From IMG/VR virus record IMGVR_UViG_3300025874_000005, positions 32,001 to 96,000 of that record: a stretch of 64,000 nucleotides of DNA; one strand, 5' to 3'. Shown here piece by piece: positions 46,299 through 57,000 of this stretch; the first letter of the stretch is position 1; each line of letters opens with the position of its first letter. The notes under the pieces were generated by a model. The model searched no databases. It had not been told where the DNA came from and saw only the letters and a program-made list of their open reading frames with translations. The stretch comes from a virus. The translations under genes and the position numbers were made by a program.

Positions 46299-46643
46299 AT
46301 GAAGTCATCACAATTAAAAACTCTAATTAAAGAATCAGTAAAAGAAGCAATTCAAGAAGAATTGAAGGAAATTTTACTGGAAGCTGTTAAGACTCCAAAA
46401 GTTACAACTATAGCATCAGTACCTCATCAAACTGTTGTAGAGCAACAAACTCCACAACAACCTGTTATGAGTGCGGAAGAAAAAAGATCAGCATATTCAA
46501 ATATATTAGGTGATATGAGCGGACAATTTACATCAGCTCAAGTACAACCTAAATTTAACCCACAAGGCGGAGATGCAATTAATGGATCATTACCCCCAGG
46601 TGAAGTTGATATGGCACAAATATCAGGATTGTTAAAAAAATAA
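46299..46643 (+). CDS. Hypothetical late protein
   Basis: LIKESVKEAIQEELKEILLE N-terminus; late motif at 46283. Confidence 0.75.
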   Translation: MKSSQLKTLIKESVKEAIQEELKEILLEAVKTPKVTTIASVPHQTVVEQQTPQQPVMSAEEKRSAYSNILGDMSGQFTSAQVQPKFNPQGGDAINGSLPPGEVDMAQISGLLKK

Positions 46644-46647
46644 ATAA

Positions 46648-47055
46648 ATGGCAAGAATTTTACAAAACAGATTTCCAATTGACTCAGTAGGCCGTAAAGC
46701 TGTTGGGTTTGGATTTCCCTTAAATGGGCCTGCTGTTTTTGTACCTACATTTACAACTAGAGAGCAAACAAAATCCAATTTAATCAATTATTTATTAACC
46801 AATAGAGGAGAAAGAGTATTTAATCCTATGTTTGGGGCAGATTTAAGAAATTTATTATTTGAAAATGTTTTAGATCGAACAACCGACGAATTACAAGAAC
46901 GAATACAAAATGATATTAAAAATTATTTCCCACAAGTAGATATAAAAGAAATTCTATTTGATAATCAACCTGATAGAAATACTATAAGTTTTACATTAAC
47001 ATATACTGTAGCAAACTTTGGGATAACTGATGACATAACTATATTACTACAATAA
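46648..47055 (+). CDS. Baseplate wedge protein (gp25/gpW family)
   Basis: NLINYLLTNRGERVFNPMFGADLRNLLFE. Confidence 0.92.
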   Translation: MARILQNRFPIDSVGRKAVGFGFPLNGPAVFVPTFTTREQTKSNLINYLLTNRGERVFNPMFGADLRNLLFENVLDRTTDELQERIQNDIKNYFPQVDIKEILFDNQPDRNTISFTLTYTVANFGITDDITILLQ

Positions 47056-48917
47056 TGGCAGATTTAAAACGAGACATAAGATATATTAATAAAGATTTCA
47101 ACCAATTTAGAAATTCTTTAATACAATATTCAAAAACATATTTCCCTAATACCTATAATGATTTTACAGATACCTCTACAGGTATGTTGTTTATGGAAAT
47201 GGCATCTTATGTAGGTGATGTGTTATCTTTTTATTTAGATAACCAAATACAAGAAACATTTATTCAAAAAGCAAGACAGCAGGAAAATTTATACCAAATG
47301 GCTTACTTATTAGGATATACTCCTAAAGTAACAACAGCAGCTAGTGTAAATCTTGACTTTTACCAACAAGTACCAGCTATATTAGAAAGTGGTGAATATG
47401 TTCCAGATTACAACTATGCCATGATTATTCCAGAAAATACTCAAATTACTTCTAATTTAGACAGTAATATAAAGTTTTTAATTGAAGATGTAATTGACTT
47501 CTCAGCATCAGGATCATTAAATCCTACAACTACATCAGTATATCAAATTTCAGGTAATAACCCAACATATTTCTTATTAAAGAAAACAAGAAAAGCAATA
47601 TCTGCAACTATTAATACAACATCATTTACATTTAATGCCTCAAAAAGATTTGATGAAAGAAATATTAAAGATACTAATATTATAGGCATATTAGACTGCG
47701 TAGATACAGATGGCAATACCTGGTATGAAGTGCCCAATATGGCGCAAGAAAACGTATATGATACGATTAGAAACACAAATACAAATGACCCACAATTCAA
47801 TATAGAAGAAGATGCTCCATATTTACTTAGATTAAAACAAGTGCAAAGAAGATTTGTATCACGTTTTATAGACTCAGGGTCATTACAAATTCAATTTGGA
47901 GCGGGGGCAACAACAAATAATGATGAGCAAATAGTTCCAAACCCAGATAATGTAGGTTTAGGATTGTCATTTGAAAGAGATCAATTAACAACTGCTTTTT
48001 CACCTTTAAATTTTATATTTACAAATACTTATGGTATTGCTCCATATAATACAACTTTAAATTTTAGATATCTAACAGGAGGGGGAATTGGATCTAATGT
48101 TGAAGCTGGTACTTTAACTGTATTAGATGATACTAATTTTACATTTGTAAACCCCAACCTACCAGATACAGCATTAGCAAATCAAATATTTAAATCAGTT
48201 TCTTCAAATAATGAATTAGCAGCTGATGGGGGTCAAGATGGTGATACTGTTGAAGAATTAAGATTAAATGCTGTTGGTAACTTCCAAAATCAATTACGTA
48301 CTGTAACAAAAGAAGATTATTTAATAAGAGCTTTATCTATGCCTTCTAATTTGGGTACTATAGCAAAAGCATATGCAGCCCCAGTAAAAATAAATGAATT
48401 TCAACCTGGTGAATTACCTACAATGTTAGATTTATTTGTTTTAACATATGATGCTAATGGTAATTTAAGAACAGCTTCACCTTTAATGAAACAAAATTTA
48501 CAAACTTACTTAGCAGAGTATAGAATGATTAATGATTCTGTTAAAATTAAAGATGCTTTTATTATTAATATAGAAGTAATATTTGATATTATAGTATTAC
48601 CTAATTTTAATAATAATGAAACTATTACTAAATGTATAACATCATTAACTAATTTCTTTGCAGTAGATAATTGGCAGATTAATCAACCTATTTTACTTAA
48701 TAATTTATATATTCTTTTAGATAAAGTAGAAGGAGTCCAAACTGTAAAAAATATAACAGTAAATAATTTATCAGGAGTATCTTTGGGGTATAGTGATTAT
48801 GCATATGACATCCCAGGAGCAACTGTAAATGATGTTGTGTATCCTTCAATAGACCCAATGATATTTGAAATTAAATATCCTAATACTGACATTAAAGGTA
48901 GAGTAGTACCACTATAA
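47055..48917 (+). CDS. Baseplate wedge protein (T4 gp6 / baseplate J-like)
   Basis: KDFNQFRNSL, EMASYVGDVLSFYLD, QFG, GGQDGDTVEELR, RTVTKEDY. Confidence 0.9.
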   Translation: MADLKRDIRYINKDFNQFRNSLIQYSKTYFPNTYNDFTDTSTGMLFMEMASYVGDVLSFYLDNQIQETFIQKARQQENLYQMAYLLGYTPKVTTAASVNLDFYQQVPAILESGEYVPDYNYAMIIPENTQITSNLDSNIKFLIEDVIDFSASGSLNPTTTSVYQISGNNPTYFLLKKTRKAISATINTTSFTFNASKRFDERNIKDTNIIGILDCVDTDGNTWYEVPNMAQENVYDTIRNTNTNDPQFNIEEDAPYLLRLKQVQRRFVSRFIDSGSLQIQFGAGATTNNDEQIVPNPDNVGLGLSFERDQLTTAFSPLNFIFTNTYGIAPYNTTLNFRYLTGGGIGSNVEAGTLTVLDDTNFTFVNPNLPDTALANQIFKSVSSNNELAADGGQDGDTVEELRLNAVGNFQNQLRTVTKEDYLIRALSMPSNLGTIAKAYAAPVKINEFQPGELPTMLDLFVLTYDANGNLRTASPLMKQNLQTYLAEYRMINDSVKIKDAFIINIEVIFDIIVLPNFNNNETITKCITSLTNFFAVDNWQINQPILLNNLYILLDKVEGVQTVKNITVNNLSGVSLGYSDYAYDIPGATVNDVVYPSIDPMIFEIKYPNTDIKGRVVPL

Positions 48918-48928
48918 AATAAAAAAAA

Positions 48929-49516
48929 ATGGCAATCGGAACAAATAATTTAGATAGAGCAATAGAAGAAAGAATTAGGAAAGGTCCAAAACAATCCTTA
49001 AGAGATAGTTTTAATAAAACTAATTTAGACACCCAAAACCCAGAACCTGAAGGAGGTCCAATTAATGATCCTGTTATTGTTGTAGATGGTATGACAGCTG
49101 GGAGTGGATTTGAACAAGTTTATTCAGCACAAAATCCATATTTACAAGATTCTAGAACAAATCAAAATTCTATTTTGTATGAAAATGGTATAACACCTGA
49201 AGATAGCACATCCCCCGCTCTTAAAATTACTGCTTTAGATATAGAATCAAGTGAAGCTGGAGTAAGACAAGGAGGATCAGGAGGTCCTAATAGAATAGCA
49301 CCCAATAAACTTAATACCGTTGGTCAAGATGGTACATATCAATTAAAACAATATCCATCTACTAAAAATAATTTTACTCCTAACCCAACAAGTGGTACTC
49401 CTTTAAAGAATAAAGAAGGCGAAAATGTTCCAAATCAGGAAGTACAAGCATATACTCCACAAAATACTTATATGGATTATATGGTGGAACAAAAATCAAA
49501 AAACGATAATATATAA
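48929..49516 (+). CDS. Hypothetical structural-module protein
   Basis: Low-complexity N/P/Q/G-rich sequence. Confidence 0.65.
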   Translation: MAIGTNNLDRAIEERIRKGPKQSLRDSFNKTNLDTQNPEPEGGPINDPVIVVDGMTAGSGFEQVYSAQNPYLQDSRTNQNSILYENGITPEDSTSPALKITALDIESSEAGVRQGGSGGPNRIAPNKLNTVGQDGTYQLKQYPSTKNNFTPNPTSGTPLKNKEGENVPNQEVQAYTPQNTYMDYMVEQKSKNDNI

Positions 49517-49519
49517 GAT

Positions 49520-50662
49520 ATGGCTATTTATAAAATTTTTCCTGAAAAAGATGCAACTTTATACACTGAATTCCCAAATAAAAATACAGGATTAGATCAG
49601 ATTATTGAGGCATCAACTTATCAAGCAAATGCTACAGCACAGGTTAGTAGATATTTAATTAAATTTCCTACAAGTCAAATTGCTGAGATGTATAATGATA
49701 AAATCATAAATGGAGAATATAAAGCATATTTAAGAAACTTTAATGCTGTAGTAACAGGGTTAAATTTAGATCAAAAATTAGAATTTTATCCTGTTAGTGG
49801 AAATTGGGGTATGGGAACAGGAAGATATAATGATTCCCCAATAGTAACTAATGGTACTAGTTGGAACTGGTTAGATTATTCAGGATCTGTAGAGTGGCCC
49901 TCATCAGGGTTTTCTCCTTATGTAACAGCTTCATATAACTCATCTTTAGAAGGTGGAGGAAATTGGTATACAGGTTCTAATTTAACTTTAGACCCCGTAA
50001 CACAATCCCAAGCTTTTACTTATGCTGATACAAAAGATATTCTTGTTGATGTATCAAAAACAGTTGAAACTTGGTACAGTTACTCATTAAATAATGTTAA
50101 TGGGTTTGCTAATGAAGGATTTTTAGTAAAACAACCTTCAGGAAGTGAATTTATTAATACTAAAGCGAACAACACAATTTTTAGATTTTTTTCAATTGAT
50201 ACTAATACAATCTATCCCCCACAATTAGAATTTAGATTTAATGATTATATTTTTAATACTGGATCTTCTAAAAATACTATATTACCCCAAGTAGAAAGTT
50301 TTGTTTCTATTTATAACAATCTCGGTACATACTATTCAGAAAGTATTCCTAGATTAAGATTTGCGGCTATGCCCAAGTATCCAGATAGAGCATTTTTAAC
50401 AGCCTCTCTCTATACAACTAATTATTTTCTTCCAGAAAGTCAATCATTATATGCTATTAAAGATACAGAAACTAATGAATTTGTAATTGATTTTGATCCT
50501 GAATACACAAGGATTAGTGCTGATGATACTTCAAGTTACTTTGATTTATATTGTAATGGTTTAGAACCTGAAAGATATTATACAATTTTAGTTAAAACAT
50601 CAATAAGTGGTGAAGTAAAAGTTTTCGATGAAAATATTATGTTTAAGGTAGCAAAAGGATGA
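49520..50662 (+). CDS. Putative virion protein
   Basis: KDATLY..NTGLD, PPQLEF, GLEPERYY; many [ST]xS motifs. Confidence 0.75.
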   Translation: MAIYKIFPEKDATLYTEFPNKNTGLDQIIEASTYQANATAQVSRYLIKFPTSQIAEMYNDKIINGEYKAYLRNFNAVVTGLNLDQKLEFYPVSGNWGMGTGRYNDSPIVTNGTSWNWLDYSGSVEWPSSGFSPYVTASYNSSLEGGGNWYTGSNLTLDPVTQSQAFTYADTKDILVDVSKTVETWYSYSLNNVNGFANEGFLVKQPSGSEFINTKANNTIFRFFSIDTNTIYPPQLEFRFNDYIFNTGSSKNTILPQVESFVSIYNNLGTYYSESIPRLRFAAMPKYPDRAFLTASLYTTNYFLPESQSLYAIKDTETNEFVIDFDPEYTRISADDTSSYFDLYCNGLEPERYYTILVKTSISGEVKVFDENIMFKVAKG

Positions 50663-51024
50663 CAAATAAAAAAAATATAAAATTAATACGACAAGTATTT
50701 GATAAGGAAGCTTTTAATAATACTATAGATACAAATTTTACACAATTAACATCTGTAGATGATCCATCATTTTTTGATGTTAATTTGGCTACTCAAGAGG
50801 ATTTTTGGATATTGTATGGTAAGTTTTTTTATGAAATACCTAAAGATGGTGAGGTTAACTCACATGAATATTTAGTACAAACTAGTGGAGATTTTATTGA
50901 TTATGCTCCACAAAGGGAAGAAATAGAATCATTATTAGCAGAAATAGCAGAATTAAGAACAGAAAATTTAGAAGTAAGACAAGAGATTGCTCAAATAATC
51001 CAAGATTTTGCGGATAATCAATAA
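50659..51024 (+). CDS. Putative virion protein
   Basis: ATGA overlap; SHEYLV and C-terminal coiled coil. Confidence 0.72.
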   Translation: MTNKKNIKLIRQVFDKEAFNNTIDTNFTQLTSVDDPSFFDVNLATQEDFWILYGKFFYEIPKDGEVNSHEYLVQTSGDFIDYAPQREEIESLLAEIAELRTENLEVRQEIAQIIQDFADNQ

Positions 51025-51035
51025 TATAATAGTTA

Positions 51036-54000
51036 ATGGAATATAAATTTGATGAATTAAAAGAAATGTCTAAAGCATTAGGTACAGATTATAAAAGCAA
51101 TCTCGAAAGAGATGCTGTTGTAACTCCTATAACTAATGATAGGGAAAATAATATTAATATTAGCTCTTCCTGCATTCAAATACCAGCATCTACAGTTGTT
51201 AGTATGGGGTATGATTTTGCTGAATCTGAAATTATCCCAAGTGAAGACATATCAGGTTCATTTTTTCAAAGTGGGAGTATAATTGAATTTTATACTTATA
51301 GTACTACAAAAACCTTATTATCTCAAGATTATAACTTTACTGATTATACAATTGAAGAGAATACAGCAATTGCTGATACTTCAGATGCAACTTCTTATAC
51401 AAACAGTCAAGGTGTTGCTGTAGTTAATACAGGATCTGCTTCTATCCCAACAAATAATATTACATTACAACCTACATTAGATTTATACGATAGAGGATTT
51501 GATAATGGTGAGTTATTTGCTGTGTATAATTTTATTAATTATGAATTAGCCTCATCAACAACTCAAACATTTTATATATCTGAAATATCAGGAGATAGAA
51601 CAGAAATAAGAATAAAATCTAATGCAATATCTGCTGTAGATATTAAAAATGGTTTTGCTTCATTAAAAGATAAATTAAACTCAACTGAATATTTTGATGA
51701 ATTTTATTTAAGTTTTTATCAAAATAATTATGTAGTTGCTGTTAATATTGCATTAGAATCTACTCCTGAAAAGGCATTAGATCCTTCTATATTAATTAAA
51801 TTATATGAACCATTACCTGCTAATTATAATGTTGAACAGAGATTATATGTTGCAACTAAAGTAGGAGAAACAGTAGCCTATAAAGTAGAATTTATTCAAG
51901 ATTTTTCAAATTTTATAGATAATGCAAATTACATTAAAGGTCCTAATGTTAATATTCCCCTTCAAGATTTAGTTAATAATTCAACAACTTTAAAATCTTA
52001 TGAAGATTTAACAAAAACCGAATCATCATCATCATTAGATAGTGTTTTAAATTATTTAAACCAAACTGGGGTAACAATCACTCCTAACTACTCATACAAC
52101 ACGTTTGATGAATATATTAATTTTTCTTCAGCAAAACAGAGAATTAATAATTTTTATGAAAAAGTATCTCAAATACAATCATACCAATCTGACATTGATA
52201 CTATCACAACAATAACAGGATCAAATCCTAATGTAATAGAAATATCTCAGAGTTTATCAAGTCTACAAACTAATATTACAAATTTAGTTTCAAATTTTGA
52301 TGGGTATGAAAGTTATCTTTATTATAATTCATCATCTTTTGCATATCCAAAAACTGGATCATCATATCCTTATTCCCTGTTACCAACAGGAAGTACAGAG
52401 GTATTAACATGGATGGGTAGTGATGTTGAAAATTCCCAATACTATGGAGGTTATGTATTATCAGCATCTTTATATGATGAAGATAATCAAAACTGGTTGT
52501 ATTATACTATACCAACTTTTATAACAGAAAATTCAGACAATAATGAATATGTAGAATTTTCTAATATGGTGGGTCAATCTTTTGATGAAGTATGGTTATA
52601 TACTAAAGCATTAAGTGAAAGATATAACACTACTAATGACCCAGAATCTGGATTGCCTTTAGATTTAGCTGCTGATGCTATAAAAGGTTTAGGATTTGAA
52701 ACTTTTGGAAATAATTATGACAACCAAGATAATTTTATAGGGTTAACAGGTGAAGATAATGGGATTTATGTTCCACCAACAGGAAGTGAATTAATTACAG
52801 ATTATGTAGCTGTAAATAATGGTAAAATAATAAATTACTGGAATTTAGGGTATTCATGGCTTAATTATGTAGAACAACTAATAGAACCAGGATTCCCATA
52901 TGCTATTGATAAAGTAAGTAAAGAAATATATAAACGTCTTTACCACAATATGGCTTATCTTACTAAGAAAAAAGGTACAATTAGTGGTTTAAGACAATTA
53001 ATTAATATTTGGGGTATTCCAAATACAATACTTCGAATTAATGAATTTGGGGGTAAAAATAAGGACAACTCAGATGATTATGATTTATGGTATAAACGTT
53101 ATAGTTACGCGTATACACCAGTTGCCAACCAATATATGGCAAGTTCGTCGGTTAAAGTACCTTGGATGCCATTACAACGTAATAAGATAGATAGTAATGA
53201 GTATATAGTACCTGATGGTCTTGCTTTTAGATTTAAAACTACAGGACACCCATCATCAAGTTATGGAGGTAAATTTTATAGCCAATCTTTAGCCGTTAAA
53301 AAATCAAATGGAACTAATGATCAACAAATGGATTGGGGTATTGGTTTATTTTATGAAGACCAACCATCAGGATCATATTCTGGGTCTAGTTTTAGTGATT
53401 ATTACAACTATGGTAAATTAAGATTTTATATGTCTGCCTCTCAACCCGATGGGGGAGTACAAATATCAGATGATATTGAATTACCATTTTTTGATGGAGG
53501 GTGGTGGAGTGTTTTACTACAAAGAGACCAACACGTAAGTGCTAGTACTAATGACACACCAACAACATATACTTTATTTGTAGCTAATAAGCAAGTAGAT
53601 GGTTGGGATGGAAATTCATTAGGATGGTCAGGATCAGTAAGTATGTCTTCAGCAAATATAGCTTTCAACTCAGGATATGGAGGAGGAACTTATGATAGTG
53701 TAGAATATGATTTACCAGAAGCTGTACATCCTACAATAAATGAATCTTGGAATAGTTTTGGAGTTACAGAATATGATGGTGTTTATGTTGGGGGGTATGT
53801 TTCAGGTTCAGATGTAATGACTGAAGTCTTAAATGAAGGAGCCAAAATATTTTCAGGATCTTTTCAAGAATTTAGATATTATTCTAACAATATTTCAAAA
53901 GAAGTATTTAATGATTTTGTAATGAATCCTGAATCCGTTGAAGGTAATAATGTTACAGGATCAGAATCATCATTTGATATTATTAACTTTAGAGCACCTT

Positions 54001-57000
54001 TAGGAAATGAATTAGAATATAAATTTACGGCATCCGTAAGTGAATCATTCTCAACTCTTATATCATCATCACACCCATCAATTACAGGATCAGCACCTAT
54101 GGTGTTTACCCAATCTTTTATCAATCCTTCAAATTCTTCACTAACTTCAAGTTATGAATTTATTGGGTATGAAGCAGCATCTACCTACACTTATAGTAAA
54201 CCTAACGTAGAAACATACTTTCTAGACCAACCAGCAATAGGAATTAGAAATAGAATTTCAAATAAAATTCAAGTTGATGATGGTAGTGATTATGGTAATG
54301 TATTATCTAAATATAGAAGTATAGATCAAGACTATTTAATTAGCAAAAGTTATACTGAAGATATAACAAGTTTAGAAGTAGGATTTTCACCACAGGATGA
54401 AGTAAATGATGATATAATAGCAACTTATGGTTATGGTGTAATATCAGATGTATTAGCTGATCCTAGATTTGCTTATGAGGGTAAAGAAAACTATTACCCT
54501 AAATTAAGAAATATAGCAAATGAATATTTTAAAAAATATACAGAAGGTGATGTTTGGGATTATTTAAGATTAATTAAATATTTTGATAATTCATTATTTA
54601 AAGCAATTAAATCATACGTACCCGCTCGTACTAGTGTAACTACAGGTGTTATAGTTAAACAACATATGTTGGAGCGTAATCGTCGTGTACCTATTACAGT
54701 TAATCCAAATACGATAATAGCATACACACCTGAAACAGGATCAATAGTAGGTGGTCAATCTACAGCTACAGGAATGAATAGTCCAATCTCATATAGAGAT
54801 TTAGAACTTACAGGAAGTATTAAGATGGTTGATATTGGTGGATCAACAGGAGGAGTTTTAAATCCTTACAATGTTGAAGTTACCCAATCTGGATTTTTCT
54901 CATATTTTTCGTCTAATACTCCTGGTAATTTACCAGACCAATATATTAATCTGATTCCTCAAGGTGGAAGTACAGCAACATATGGAGATATAGTATTATC
55001 TAGATTTGGAACTTCTTTAAAACAAGGTTTAAGATTAAAAACCCCAATTAAAACAAGATTTCTTTTTAACCAAACTAATACTGTAGGTGAGTTAGGATTT
55101 GATGAAGGATTTGAATTTGCAGTATCATCATCTATAAGAGGAATTATAGGTACTGATATAATAACTTCATCTTCATTGTCTCCTATTGGAGCTACAATTG
55201 CAAGTTCTTCATACTATGAAATGCTCCCAGGGGAAGATATTACTTTCTGGTTTAAAGGTATGGATGTTAGTGATCCAAATAATCCTATACCTGCTTCTGT
55301 AACTATGGAAAACTTCCTTTGGTCGATGTATTCTGTAAACCAACCAAACGCAAATGATTTTCAAGGTGCTGTTCTCCCATTTTCATCAAGTATATGGAAT
55401 TCATTTACTACACAATCCTACATTATAGAAAATAAAACTATATCTGGTAGTGTTTATGAATTACATAAATCACAAGATGAATTTTATAATGGAGAATTCA
55501 GTGGAAGTGAAATAACAGTAACAACTCAATCTTTACTAGTAAATCCTTTTAGTGAGCCAAATACAATAAATACTACATATAACTTAATAGTTACTGCAAG
55601 TTTTGGTGCATATCAAAATAGTTCATGGAATACTACAGACCCATTTCAAAACACATTCCCTTCAGGTACTTTTGATTTACAATCAACATCCTCATTTTAT
55701 GACCCAACAAAAGAAGGACTTGGGTTAGAATCAGTTTATAATTTATGGGCTGAGTGGGAAATAGATAATAGTTTTTCTACAAAAACGGGTTCTATATTTT
55801 ATTATCAAGACCCAACTCAACCAGAAGATTGGTGGATTGTAGGGTTAATTTTACCCAGTCAAATGGACATCCCAGCAGGTTCTATTTCAAATAAATTTGG
55901 GAGTTATTTAGGTTGGTCTAGCCAAAATTTATCAAATGGTGAAGTTGTAGCTAGAAAAAATTCTAATGGTTCAGTCATAGAAGTACCCCAAGAATCAAAT
56001 ATAAATCCTATAAACCAAGTACCCCCAGAATACTCAGGCATTCCTGCTATCGAAGGTGGAGAGAATACACCAAACCAGTGGGGTCCTTATATAAAATTCC
56101 CAACTACATCGGGTTCAATGAATCAATTTTATGCCATAGGTTTAAATGTTGATTATGGTATTACAGACCCACAATATAATAATATGAAGTATGAGGAAAT
56201 ATTTTCTAATATGTTAGGAAATAATGATTCAGTACTTAAATATTATAGCACGACAGGTATAATCAATACGGGTGACCCAGATGCCCCAACAATTACAACA
56301 ACATCAGCAACATATGGAATAACTAAATATTGGTTTAAGGATCCTTGGAATAATGGGGGTAGACCTATTAGACTTAATCAGCCAACATCTTTTGGACCAT
56401 CCCCAGATATGTTTACGGAAACAGTCCGTGGCATAGAAGTTTATCTTTCACCTGAAAGAATACAAAGAACTAAATTTGCCGACAATCAAAAAGATGGAAC
56501 TCTTAATAATTATGGAATAGGATCAGCAAGTTTAGCATTGATAGGATCCACATGGACAGGTTCATGGTATGATGGGTCAGGCTGGTTTCCAGAACAATTA
56601 ACATTTAATAATGAAACTCAAGATCCAGATACAGGAGTAATTAATAATAATTTATCTACTTTTGCAAATGAACCATCATTTGAATTAAACCTTCCTAATT
56701 ATATAGGTACACCAGCTCCTATAGATTCTTATGGAAAAGCAGGTAATGTCTTTATCCAATCTTTAAATGATTTAGAAGGTATTTCCTTTTTACAAGATTC
56801 AACAAGTCCGGGATGGACAGTATTTAATTATAACCCACAAAATAGTAGATATTTAAGTGGTTCAGTTAACGGAAGTTTCCCACTTATACAATATAACCCA
56901 TCAGGACCTCAAGATTCAGAGTATGTTAATTTTAACCCTCAATTACCTTCAAATAACTTAGAATTTGAAAACTCATCATATTATCCTTTAATAAATAATG